NCBI GenBank assembly: GCA_001600815.1
Contig: BCKZ01000014.1
Location: forward strand, 434,001-498,000
DNA length: 64,000 nt
Reading direction: 5' to 3'
Source of the DNA: Alloascoidea hylecoeti
Taxonomy: Eukaryota
Of the stretch, positions 38,943 through 50,275 are shown one piece after another. Under the pieces are notes generated by a model, which did no database searches, was not told where the DNA came from, and was given only the letters and a program-made list of their open reading frames with translations. The translations under genes were made by a program, and so were the position numbers. Numbering within the stretch: the first letter of the stretch is position 1; each line of letters opens with the position of its first letter.

Positions 38943-39015
38943 GGTCTAGTGGTGTAACGGTTATCACGTCTCGTTTACACCGAGGAGGCTCCGAGTTCGA
39001 TTCTCGGCTGGATCA
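38943..39015 (+). tRNA. tRNA-Val(TAC)
   Basis: Acceptor GGTCTAG/CTGGATC; anticodon arm TCTCG-TTTACAC-CGAGG; T-loop GTTCGATTC; T-run terminator follows. Confidence 0.96.
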
Positions 39016-39153
39016 ATTTTTGGATGCAGAAATTTTTGAATCAATATAGAGCCCTACTAAATTTGTATCTTTTATAATTAGATATAAATAATATAAGAAG
39101 TTTATAATATTAATTGAGTAAAGTTTCCCCTGAAACCTTAAGCGCTCCTAATC

Positions 39154-39342
39154 TGTTTTTTTAGAGAACCATATATCGTGACCACGTGATCATCCATTCC
39201 CTATATAAGGTCGTTCCACCCTCTCTAGTCAGTCCTACATAGTCATTACATATATCCAGTTACCCAATACAGCTATACTGGACTCTCTAAAATCAATATC
39301 CCCTTGTTTCTGTAGTTTCCCTCCAACAGGTTATGAGCCCTG
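39154..39342 (+). mobile_element. Ty5-like 5' LTR end with half-tRNA(iMet) primer-binding site
   Basis: ...CTCCAACA directly followed by GGTTATGAGCCCTG (39329-39342), complementary to the iMet anticodon arm CAGGGCUCAUAACC; TATATAAGG at 39202. Left edge uncertain. Confidence 0.8.
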
Positions 39343-41527
39343 GTATTGGCTAGCGTTGTCTTTGAGTTGAACGAACTGCTGAAGATCCTGATTGTGTGGA
39401 TAGAGGCTAAACCAGAGAGACAAGACTGAAAATGTTTTTTATATTGGTTGGTTTAAACCGATTTTATTTAAAGTGAAAAATTAAATTTTAAACTCTTAAT
39501 TGTATATAAGAATTATAATTAGTTGGAAGGTTCAATGAATCACTAACTATACAATAGTATACAGTATATAGTATAATCTATACTCCCGGGTCAAGTTAGA
39601 CGTTGCACTTTCTTTTTGGACCACAACTCCAAATAAAAATGGCAGTGTAATGACCAGGTACTAAGTTATGTTCTTAAAATAGTTTATGGCGTTCCGTGGA
39701 TATAAAGATTCTATTAGTCTATATAAAATGACATTTTAAGTTATTATTTTTTTTAGTGTTAGCTCCCATAACATCATAAACGGCTGTTACTTAACGAGTA
39801 TCAGGAACCCCAAGGTCCCCAACCATTAATATTTCCATACAGCGAGGCATGGCTTCCTTTCCAAATTCCACCTCATGCTACAATTGCAAGATTTACCTTA
39901 TATTAATTATAAATATTTTAAGGTCTAGCGCGACTGTTGTCAAAAGCATATACTTTTCCGGTTCCGGTTCCGGTTCCTGTAACCACCGAACATTTGTCAC
40001 TGAAAAAAACAAACACAGTATTCCAATCTATTTTTAGACCATATCTTTCTATTCCTTTGACTTCCCATTAGGAGAAGACCTTATATGTGCAGAAAATGTT
40101 CCACACCCATGTTTTTTATGAAGGGTCCTAAGGGTGGAGGGTCTCCGAAAAAGCCCAATTTTAGTGTTAACCCGGCTGTATCAGTAAAGATTATAATATT
40201 ATTTATAATAATTTAATTATAAACTTCGTCGGGTCGTAAAGTATATTTGTAAATTATTTTGATATGAAAAATTAAAACTTAGGGCTACATACTACTTATC
40301 TATAAACTCCTTTCATTAGGGGAAGGCAAACTCCCCCTTACCCCCGCAACTCCTGATATCATTTAAAACTTAGATATGAAATTATTATGAATAGAGATTG
40401 AAATTGGGAAGCTGATCGCAATCACACTCAAATTATTTTCCCGGTCACATCTGAAGAAAGTTGATACCGGTATCGATTAGTTACTATTATATTAATAGAT
40501 ATTGGCGGAGGCTAAAGAGGGCTGATTATAATCTCCATCAATATTAATCTATACCTACACCAAGGGTTACGTAATTACATTAAAAATAGATTATACAAAC
40601 AAATTTCAAATTTTAAAAAATAAGCACAAAACACCACACCAAATACAGAATAAAGTCTACTTCTGCTACCGGATTTCAGTTTCAGAATCCGAACGCTTTA
40701 ACAATATGGTAATTGACAGTTTTATATGATAAACAAAAGTTGCATGAACTTCTCATATCCATGACCAATAAGTTTAATTTGGATCTTTAGATTTAATTAA
40801 TTTTCGATATATATTTCACTTAATTTAAGCCAAAATGAGGAGTAAATATTCGGCATAATTTTGAATTATATATTCGATCACGTGATCATATCAATAATAA
40901 TTATCAAAGAAAATGTTAAAACAATACATTGTTGGTAATTTATGCAAGCTGTTGCACCGTTTTTTGATTATAAAATTAAAAGATATTTTCATCATCAAAA
41001 GGAAAAGATTTTCATTTAATTGGTCACACAGGCGTAAAGGGGCGAATAAAGTTAGTTAACGATATTAAAAGAATTTCTATTTGAAACCTAAATTGGTAAT
41101 ATAATACATAATAATACCGTACATGATGTTAAACTGATTTCGGGGTATCATGTACAAATGGTTAATAGTGATTAATACCGGTCCTATATATTATCAGGTA
41201 CAATAAATATTTCGGTTTTATTTAAAACTTCTTGAAAGAATTAAAACATTAATATTATTTATAGTAATTCCAATAAACTGTTTCATGGTCTCTTGTTCAT
41301 ATGGGTGGAATCTGTTCCTACAAGCTATAAGTCTATAAGATAAATCTATAACTTATATACACTACAGTGTTAATTATATAGCGCTATGGCCTAAATTAGC
41401 TGAAACTTTTCTTTATATATATAATTAGGTATGCAAGAATATAATATGAATTGATATCAGCTGCATGATATTGTTGAAATATATATAACACGCTTTTATT
41501 ATCTACGTATAAAAAACTACTTATGTG

Positions 41528-42150
41528 ACATGTGCATATTACTATTTTTATTTCATTATTTTCGGTTACATTCCTTTAATTTTATGTATTATTATTTAGT
41601 TTATATAGATTTTAATATATAAGAGTACTGTATCCTCTGCGTTTTAGTCCCAGCCTTTTTATTTGTTTAATATGTTAAGATATCTTAAATATTGATACAA
41701 ATATGGCATTTTTTTAAACCTACAACAGATTTCCTACTTTACCGCCCGATCAATATTGTTTTACTTAAAAACCAAATATAACTCAACTAAGTTTGGAATT
41801 TGCTTACTCGATAAACACGATATTTCCCCAAACTATCAATCCAACTATAGATGTGTCCGAATTTTTTGAAGGACGGATTGTCTGTTGAATTTTATTATTG
41901 AATCACTGCTTATATTCACTGTTTTACATGTTATGCATGCTATTATTTCATCTTCGGTTATAAGCTTATAACTTTTATATTCGTTAACGTTTATTTGAAT
42001 TTATTATCATTATTTAGTTGTGTGTAGATTTTAATATAGAAAGTGGACTCCCTGGAATTTGGTTTTATAGCCTTTTCATTCGTTCACTACGTTAATATCC
42101 TAAATATTAATACGAGTATGACACCTTTTACTTTTGAAACCTGAACAGAT
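41528..42150. repeat. Diverged tandem direct repeat (~41528-41730 and ~41926-42150)
   Basis: Shared ttcggtta, attatttagtt..tagattttaatata, agcctttt...taaatatt..aaacct..aacagat. Confidence 0.8.
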
Positions 42151-42479
42151 ACTAGCACTGGTGCATGCCTGATTGTTTAAATTTGACCGAAACCAGAGAT
42201 GCTAACAACGTGACTCATTAGAATCCCTAAAAAGTCATCCACAAAAGTCAAACTCAAGGTTCAAGCCTCATAAACCACAAATGGTGGGTCGGCGTGGTGT
42301 ACTCGAACCGAAACCGGATGCAACACACGGGATCCATACAAATGCCGCACGAATTCCGCACGAATTCCGGATGGCAACCATTAAATATTATTTATTGCAT
42401 CATAATTTTTATCCCTTCATCTCTCTTCACTTCACTGCTTCTTTTTTCTCTCTCATCCCAACAAGCATAAACCAAAATA

Positions 42480-45400
42480 ATGGAGTCTTCTGCGCTGCTC
42501 ACATCTCTCGCGCAGTCTGAGTCCCTGACTCCCACACAGATCCAGGATCTCTTGCACCTGTTCCACACTCAGCAGGCCACCATTGACACTCAGAAACGAA
42601 CCATCCAAGAGCTGGAGTCCACCCACCTCCCTCTCACAAAGGCACACGGTAAAGACTCCGAAAATTTCGTCCCAGATTTTTCTCTGTTGAAAACTTCCAC
42701 CCGAGACATCATCAACGTCATGGATATCCAGCCTCTAATTAAGCCCATCGCATACACAGACAACGAACTCGACTCTGAGCTACTGGGTGAGGAATCTGAA
42801 ATCGAATCCTTACGACGGCAATTGGAACATTCACGAATGGCAAACAGACAGTTTCAAAGAGCTTTGGCTGAAATAGTTTCCGTTGTCACTGCTGTCTCGA
42901 AAGGTGACCTGTCCAAAAAAGTTATTGTCCACGACTTGGAATCTAATGATGTCATTCTAGAGTTTAAATTGGCCATTAATACAATGATGGACCAGTTACA
43001 ACGTTTTGCTTCGGAAGTCACAAGGGTAGCGACTGAGGTCGCCGGTGGAACACTAGGTGGTCAAGCTAATGCTGATGGCACTGTAGGTATATGGAGAGAT
43101 CTAACGGATAATGTTAACGTCATGGCCTCAAATCTTACAACCCAAGTTCGAGAAATTGCTGATGTGACAAGATCTGTAGCTACTGGTGATTTATCTAAAA
43201 AAGCAACAGGTCAAGCTCAAGGTGAGATTTTAGAATTACAAATAACTATCAATACTATGGTTGATCAATTACGGACTTTTGCGTTTGAAGTAACACGCGT
43301 TGCAAGGGAAACTGGTGTTGATGGACGGCTAGGTGGTCAGGCACAAATCGAAGGGGTTGAAGGAATATGGCGAGAATTAACTGATAATGTAAATGCTATG
43401 GCTCTAAATTTGACAAATCAAGTACGAAATATCGCAAACGTAACAACAGCTGTGGCTCGAGGTGATTTATCACAAAAAGTCACTGCGGACTGTAAAGGTG
43501 AGATTTTGGATCTGAAGTTAACAATTAATCAGATGGTGGATAGATTACAGAACTTTGCCATGGAAGTCACGACTTTAGCTCGAGAAGTAGGTACAGAAGG
43601 TATTTTAGGAGGTCAAGCTACTGTACAAGATGTTGAAGGTGCTTGGAAAACAATGACTGAAAATGTCAACGTAATGGCTTCGAATTTAACAACACAAGTT
43701 AGAAGTATAGCACATGTCACTACAGCTGTAGCTCATGGTGACCTATCCCAAAAAATCGATGTAGCTGCACAAGGTGAAATGCTAGCCCTGAAATCAACGA
43801 TTAATAAGATGGTTGACTCTTTACAAGTTTTTGCCTCAGAAGTTACTCGTGTTGCTAAAGATGTCGGAATAGATGGTAAATTAGGTGTTCAAGCTCAAGT
43901 TTCCGACGTTGATGGTTTATGGAAAGAAATCACTACAAATGTAAATACAATGGCTGCAAATCTAACATCACAAGTCCGAGCTTTCGCCCAAATTACAGCA
44001 GCTGCAACTGATGGTGATTTCACTCGCTTCATAACTGTTGAAGCAAGTGGTGAAATGGATGCACTGAAAACAAAACTGAATCAAATGGTGTTGAATTTAA
44101 GAGAATCAATTCAAAGAAATACAGCAGCTAGAGAAGCCGCTGAATTAGCAAATAGATCTAAATCAGAGTTTTTAGCGAATATGTCACATGAAATTAGAAC
44201 CCCAATGAATGGGATTATCGGTATGACACAGCTCACATTAGATACAGATTTGAATCAATATCAACGTGAAATGTTATCTATCGTGAATAATTTGGCTAAT
44301 TCTTTATTAACAATTATTGATGATATTTTAGATATTTCGAAAATTGAAGCTAATAGAATGACTGTTGAAAAAATTGATTTTAGTTTAAGGGGAACATCAT
44401 TTGGTGCTTTGAAAACATTAGCTGTGAAAGCAACAGAAAAACACCTTGATCTTATCTATAATACTGATAATTCTTTCCCTGATAATGTCATTGGTGATTC
44501 TTTTAGATTAAGACAAGTTATTTTAAATCTCGTCGGAAATGCAATTAAATTTACCGACAATGGACAGGTGACGCTTAGTGTGAGAAAGGCTGATGAGCAG
44601 CCACATCTTACCGGAGTTAGTGGAGAAGAAGAAATCATGTTAGTTTTCTGTGTAGCAGATACTGGAATTGGTATCAAATCCGATAAACTTGATTTAATTT
44701 TTGATACTTTCTGTCAAGCTGATGGTTCAACAACAAGAAAATTTGGTGGTACAGGTCTTGGTTTATCAATATCCAAACAATTAATTAATTTAATGGGTGG
44801 CAGAATTTGGGTCGATTCAAAATATGGTGAAGGCTCTCAATTTTATTTTACAGTTTCTGTAAAACCTGCTACAATTGATTTAAACCGACAACTAGAATTA
44901 CTTAGTTCTTTTGAAGGTCAAGCTGTATTAATTATCTCAACAGTTCATTCTCGTGAAGAAACGGAAGAGATTGCCAATAATATCAAAATGTTGAAGTTGA
45001 ATGTTCAAACTACATATAACGTTGATAAATCTGTTTTTGAGACAAATACAACAACGTTGAAAGTTTCAGTCAAAACAAAGAAACTTAATCATAATTCCAA
45101 ATTTGACACCATTATTGTTGATTCTTTAGATGTTGCCAAAAAACTACGCACAATGTCGGCACTAAAATATGTTCCTTTGGTTTTATTACATCCTTGTTTA
45201 CCTGTGGTAAGCATGAAAATATGTCTTGATCTTGGTATCACTTCATATGGTAATACACCTTGTTCCGTTAACGACATTGCTAGTATTTTAAAACCAGCGT
45301 TAGAAAGTCGTGTTGCTCCTCTTAACTCAGATGGATCTTCTAGATTTAATATTTTGCTTGCTGAAGATAATTTGGTAAATCAACAATTGGCTGTCAGAAT

Positions 45401-46217
45401 TTTAGAAAAATATGGCCATACAGTTGAAGTTGTTGAAAATGGTTTAGAAGCTGTTGAAGCAATTAAAAAGAAGCGATATGATATTGTACTAATGGATGTT
45501 CAAATGCCAGTTATGGGTGGATTCGAAGCAACCGGTAAAATTCGAGAGCTCGAACGAAAAAATCCAAATGGTTACCATCGAACTCCAATTGTGGCCTTGA
45601 CAGCGCATGCAATGTTAGGTGATCGGGAGAAATGCATGCAGAATCAAATGGATGAATATCTTTCAAAACCGTTGAAACCTGCATTATTAGCACAAACAAT
45701 TAATAGATGTGTTCATAACATTAACCATGCCAACCAACTAAGAAATAACGCTGCACAATTACAACAGCCCATTGCTAAGGCTCATGCAAATCGAAATGTT
45801 GATTATAGCTCTCCGAGTTCTACGTTTGTACCTTCTTATTTACAAAACAGTTATGAAAACCCAGAAGATCCTATTGCTCCTTCCAATCCCATTACTAACA
45901 ATACTAATGGCAATTCCAAAATCATTGAATTGAGACCAGCCAACCGCCATTTCAAAACAGATGGTCAAATACCTACAATATCTTCTATTTCTTCACAAAA
46001 AGGTGTTCCTAAAGCATCTTCACTTGGTAATTTAAGCAGTAATAGCGGAACAGGATCTGGAAACAATTCTTCGGAAAGTTCAACCACAGAAATTGATGAT
46101 TCCACTAATAATAAGGACAAGTTAAAGGTTTCTTTTGTGGAGAATCCTCAAATAAAGGATATCAAAGATGAAGAACAGTTAGCAAGCCGATTCTTGGGTA
46201 GATCTTGCTCAACTTGA
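42480..46217 (+). CDS. NIK1: Group III hybrid histidine kinase (Nik1/Os-1)
   Basis: Five ~92 aa poly-HAMP repeats (GDLS/GDFT), H-box [17 protein letters not shown]1/F/G2 boxes, receiver [11 protein letters not shown]. Confidence 0.97.
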   Translation: MESSALLTSLAQSESLTPTQIQDLLHLFHTQQATIDTQKRTIQELESTHLPLTKAHGKDSENFVPDFSLLKTSTRDIINVMDIQPLIKPIAYTDNELDSELLGEESEIESLRRQLEHSRMANRQFQRALAEIVSVVTAVSKGDLSKKVIVHDLESNDVILEFKLAINTMMDQLQRFASEVTRVATEVAGGTLGGQANADGTVGIWRDLTDNVNVMASNLTTQVREIADVTRSVATGDLSKKATGQAQGEILELQITINTMVDQLRTFAFEVTRVARETGVDGRLGGQAQIEGVEGIWRELTDNVNAMALNLTNQVRNIANVTTAVARGDLSQKVTADCKGEILDLKLTINQMVDRLQNFAMEVTTLAREVGTEGILGGQATVQDVEGAWKTMTENVNVMASNLTTQVRSIAHVTTAVAHGDLSQKIDVAAQGEMLALKSTINKMVDSLQVFASEVTRVAKDVGIDGKLGVQAQVSDVDGLWKEITTNVNTMAANLTSQVRAFAQITAAATDGDFTRFITVEASGEMDALKTKLNQMVLNLRESIQRNTAAREAAELANRSKSEFLANMSHEIRTPMNGIIGMTQLTLDTDLNQYQREMLSIVNNLANSLLTIIDDILDISKIEANRMTVEKIDFSLRGTSFGALKTLAVKATEKHLDLIYNTDNSFPDNVIGDSFRLRQVILNLVGNAIKFTDNGQVTLSVRKADEQPHLTGVSGEEEIMLVFCVADTGIGIKSDKLDLIFDTFCQADGSTTRKFGGTGLGLSISKQLINLMGGRIWVDSKYGEGSQFYFTVSVKPATIDLNRQLELLSSFEGQAVLIISTVHSREETEEIANNIKMLKLNVQTTYNVDKSVFETNTTTLKVSVKTKKLNHNSKFDTIIVDSLDVAKKLRTMSALKYVPLVLLHPCLPVVSMKICLDLGITSYGNTPCSVNDIASILKPALESRVAPLNSDGSSRFNILLAEDNLVNQQLAVRILEKYGHTVEVVENGLEAVEAIKKKRYDIVLMDVQMPVMGGFEATGKIRELERKNPNGYHRTPIVALTAHAMLGDREKCMQNQMDEYLSKPLKPALLAQTINRCVHNINHANQLRNNAAQLQQPIAKAHANRNVDYSSPSSTFVPSYLQNSYENPEDPIAPSNPITNNTNGNSKIIELRPANRHFKTDGQIPTISSISSQKGVPKASSLGNLSSNSGTGSGNNSSESSTTEIDDSTNNKDKLKVSFVENPQIKDIKDEEQLASRFLGRSCST

Positions 46218-46846
46218 TACATTTAAATTTATATATACAGTATGCATTACCTATATTGTTTTTCAATTAGATGAAACTTTCAGCGATTGGTCTTACATGT
46301 GTTAAATCCTTTGTTTCAACTTTTTCAACCTTCTTTATTAGTTTTTGTTTTGATATTATTGAGTTATTTGAATTTGAAATTGTGATTCTTTCTTTTTTGT
46401 TACAATTACAATTACAATTGTTTTTTTATTTTTGTTTATTTTTTACCGGTTAACGCTGATTTAGAATTAATTTATTTATTTAATACTGCCATATGTTTTT
46501 ATAATTTGGGGTTTTTCTTTTCTTCTCCTTTTATTTGTCATTAAATATTTCTTTTTGGTTTACTATATATGTATATAGTAGTAAATCTACCTTCATTATG
46601 TATGTCTTTATATCATGATTACAATATATTAAATATCATGAAATGTATAAACCATAATAAATTAATTAGGATTTTGATTATAGCTATTGCTGTTCTACGC
46701 CGTATTTTTCACTGATATTATCGAGCTTTATTTTTTTGTATATTTACAGTTATTATTATAATTATAGCTAATAATTTTATATTTACAATCGATCTAGAAA
46801 ATATAACATCATAGAGCTAAATTAAAATATTTGAAATGTCAACTCA

Positions 46847-47030
46847 CAGTCACTTAATTTCGTTCATCTGGGTTACTAATTATCGGCCATCCCCTAACTA
46901 ATTTCGGCCACAATATTTACCATTTAATACTGTATGCAGGATTCTGGAACAACTTCGGGTGTCAAGCCCGACAGAAACTTATAAAAATGACCAATAAATA
47001 AGGATAAGAATAGCCTAAATTAAGTAGAAT
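46847..47030. mobile_element. MITE family A, copy 3 (right TIR cut short)
   Basis: CAGTCACTTAATTTCG ... TAATTATCGGCCAT ... GGAACAACTTCGGGT ... GCCTAAATTAAGTAGAAT. Confidence 0.75.
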
Positions 47031-47031
47031 A

Positions 47032-47796
47032 CAGTCTTTCCACCTATTAATTAGCGTTGTTTCCTTTGATTAATCAGCCTTTGCTTAGGAAATTAATTAA
47101 CATTAAATTAAAATGATCTCCGATGATTAATTAGGGATCTTGCAGACAATTATTTAGCGTCAACTATGTATGGAAATTTGGTAGTTTGTTTGTGCTATAA
47201 CCTTATATGTATGAATTAATTGGTCACAAGTTGGAGTTGAACTTGAAAACTATTTCGCTATTATATCGGAAATTTATTAGCGCCATTTTAAGGAATTATT
47301 TTGCAATCGGTTCAAATCAATAATTAGTCACTTCTCCAAAAATTAACTGGTGTTGTGTGGAAAATATAATTAGCGACTTTCGTGAAAATTAATCAGCGAT
47401 ATATGTAAAATTTAATTAGCGATGTGTATGAGAAAACATCAGCGATATGTGAGAGATCCAATTAGTCAACACCCAGGTAGATAGATAGAGTATTTAGCCA
47501 TCTTTCAAGCTATTAAACTATTTCATCAGAGAGAAAAAAAAATACTTAAGTAATCTCTATTTATCAATATTTAATATTATGGCTCTTTTAATTTACATTT
47601 CTCAAAGAAAAAATCATAGCATGTTCACAAAATGTTTATAATATTCTGGTGGTATCGTTTTGACAGCCTGCAGCATTCTTAGCTCTATTATAATTGAAGG
47701 ACGATGTCTTTAATTTATGGAAATAACGCTACTTAATTCCCAGACTGTATCGCTAATTATTTTCGAAAATATCGCTATTAATAGGTGAAAAGACTG
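47032..47796. mobile_element. 765 bp non-autonomous Tc1/mariner-pogo-type element
   Basis: TA|CAGTCTTTCCACCTATTAATTAGCG ... CGCTATTAATAGGTGAAAAGACTG|TA; no ORF; internal 23 bp repeat array. Confidence 0.85.
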
Positions 47797-48036
47797 TATA
47801 ATCCGCAAACTCCATTTTTCTACTGGAAAATTCGCCTATATAGATACAAAAAATTAGAATATAGGAATATAGAAAAATATAATGACTCTTAATTCAAATG
47901 GTCTTAAGTTTTGTTACAAATTATAACATAGTTATGAGTTATATAAAAGACCAAGTTTTACGTCAAATGTTTTTAAATTCACCTTCAATTGAATATCAAA
48001 TATTAATATCTATTAATACTCTATACATAATTATAA

Positions 48037-49123
48037 ATGTCAACTCCATTACAACAAACAGCTGCCATTACAGGAACAGATTCCCTCATCATCAAGGAAG
48101 TTCCAGTCCCTTCCATAACACCAAATGAAATCCTCGTTAAGATCGAAGCTGCTGCAATTAACCCTACAGATTGGAAACATCTCTTCTATGGCTTATCTGG
48201 TCCTGGTACCATCGCCGGTTGTGATCTAGCTGGTACTGTAGTTAAAGTTGGTTCTGAAGTTACTAATATATCTGTTGGTGATTCTGGAATTGGTTTAGTA
48301 CATGGATCGAATAAAACTAGGCCACATAATGGGTCTTTTGCTCAATATGCTGCTATTAAATCTCACTTATTTTATAAATTGGATAACTTGAAGAGATCCA
48401 ATCTGATAATATTCCAAAAGGTATTCCAACCACTTTTGAAGGTGCTTCTTCATCAGGGGTTGCTTTAGTAACCATCGTGATGAGTTTATTTCTTAATATG
48501 GGGGGGATCATTTGGATTAAGTAAAACCAAACCGGAAGAATCAGAGAAATATTTACTGGTTTGGGGTGGTGCTTCTTCAACGGGACAGATCGCAATTCAA
48601 TTTGGTAAACTTATTGGATGGAAAGTTATTGCAACAGCGTCGAAGAAAAACCATACTGAATTAAAAGAATTAGGAGCAGATTTTGTTGTTGATTATCATG
48701 ATTCNGATGNNGTTGANNANATTAAAGCTATTGGCGGGGAGAATATAGTTTATGCTTTAGATACAATTTCATTAGCAAATACTATTAAATCAACTCATGA
48801 TTCAGTTTCTTCAACAAAACCTGTTATTCTTGATAATTTATTAGGAATTAAATCTGATGATATTAAAAATCTTAAACCAAATGTCAAGGTCACACAAACT
48901 AAAGGATATTGTGCAACTGGTGATCCTTTTTACTTGTATGGACCTGTTAAGATGTTTGAACCAAAAATTGCTGAATTTGTGAAAAGTGTTCAACCCGTTG
49001 TTACTGAGGCCCTTAATAAAGGATTGATTCGACATATTCCGATTAGGGTACTTCCAAATGGACTAAATTGATAATAAAGTGTCTAATGAAAAATTAGTTA
49101 TCAGACCTTCTGATACTAAATGA
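48037..49123 (+). pseudogene. Disrupted copy of the MDR enoyl-reductase gene
   Basis: Near-identical to 50276-51391 but with a 1 nt deletion at about 48400 (stop at 48466-48468), an extra G at about 48500 and a deletion of roughly 30 nt at about 49070. Confidence 0.8.
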
Positions 49124-49589
49124 TAATATTGTATGGGCCTATAGCCTGAAAAAAAAATATTAACTCAATTATATAAGTTCAGTAACCGATAAGATAAAAT
49201 ATAAATGAATGGGTGAAACAGATACCTGTATATTTAAAGAGTTGCACCCTTTAAATATCCATACAAAAATGGAGCAAATATTTAGAAAATCCCGTTATGG
49301 GTATAATAAAATAATTCTGTTTGAGTATACCGGTATATATGTAAATGAGTGTATTAATATTGGAATAAATCTCAAGTTTCTACAAAATATTCACAAGTAA
49401 AATCATTTTATTATTAATTTTACTTCTGAAAGCAGGAAAATATAATATAAGATCTAACATAAATGTATATCATCAGCACCAAACGTACAACTAATGAATG
49501 CTGCTAAACCCTTTTAGATACTTCTGGATCCCAAAAAAGTCAATCTTGTTTGAATATAACAATCTAGAATGACTTCTGGAACTCCGCTA

Positions 49590-50040
49590 AACGAGATCTC
49601 AGGTAATTGTAATTCTGAAAAGAAATTGCAAACTGTCAGAAGGCTTAGTTTGAATCCCTCAATTCTGCAGTTCACTGTTAAGAAATACGCCAACAACTTT
49701 TGAAATAACACCTCCTCAAACAAAGGAAGCTGAAAAACTTTTTTAAAAGGCATTAAATCAAATTCCGAGAATTGTAAAAGCTTCCTCCATGAATAGTTTT
49801 GAAGCGCTTACTTCAAAGTTTAGGATTAGAATATCAAAGACACTTAAGAACCCTTCTGAAAAAATATATGGAAAATTTGCGACATGTGAAAGCCCTGTTT
49901 GAAATGAGAAGCGTAACGGAAAGATATATTAGACTCAATTGGAGTAGTCTCATGGTGTTAATTCTGTGGTTAGTGACAAATGTTCGGGGGCTAAAAGATC
50001 CGCATCCGAAAAATATAAGCAGATCTTTGAATGGGTGAAT
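49590..50040 (+). mobile_element. Possible MULE transposase relic
   Basis: In order: QVIVILKRNCKLSEGL..QFCSSLLRN (compare VITDRxxAL..CxWHxxRN), IVKASSMNSFE, KYMENLRHVKALF, TQLE*SHG. Confidence 0.45.
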
Positions 50041-50275
50041 AAGCTTATAAATCTTTAGGATATAAGTAATCCGCAAAATCCGTCCATTCACCAAAATATT
50101 AAAAAATAATTTAAATGGTCTTAAGTTATGCCATACATGTATGTAACAAATCATATAAAGCTGGAAAATGAAATTAGCATATTTAAAGCAAGGATTCATC
50201 GATGTATAAAAGACCAAGTATTATCTCAAATCTTTTTTAAATCCACTTTCAATTAAAAATCAAATATATTCATAA

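Noticed and set aside
40876..40887. Palindrome GATCACGTGATC as CDEI of a point centromere
   Set aside because: No CDEIII-like motif seen at the expected distance, and the lineage appears to be outside Saccharomycetaceae; more likely a plain bHLH site.
800..44100. Alternative CUG decoding (Ser or Ala)
   Set aside because: CTG occupies conserved Leu positions: Ras KLVVVG, Fcf1 SALFF, Nik1 GDLS and LDLK.
47275..47480. CRISPR-like array
   Set aside because: Eukaryotic context, 23 nt total period, degenerate core and no cas genes; explained as TE-internal repeats.
48400..48510. Compensating -1/+1 frameshifts rescuing reductase copy 1
   Set aside because: A TAG lies between the two shifts and the 3' end carries a further deletion.
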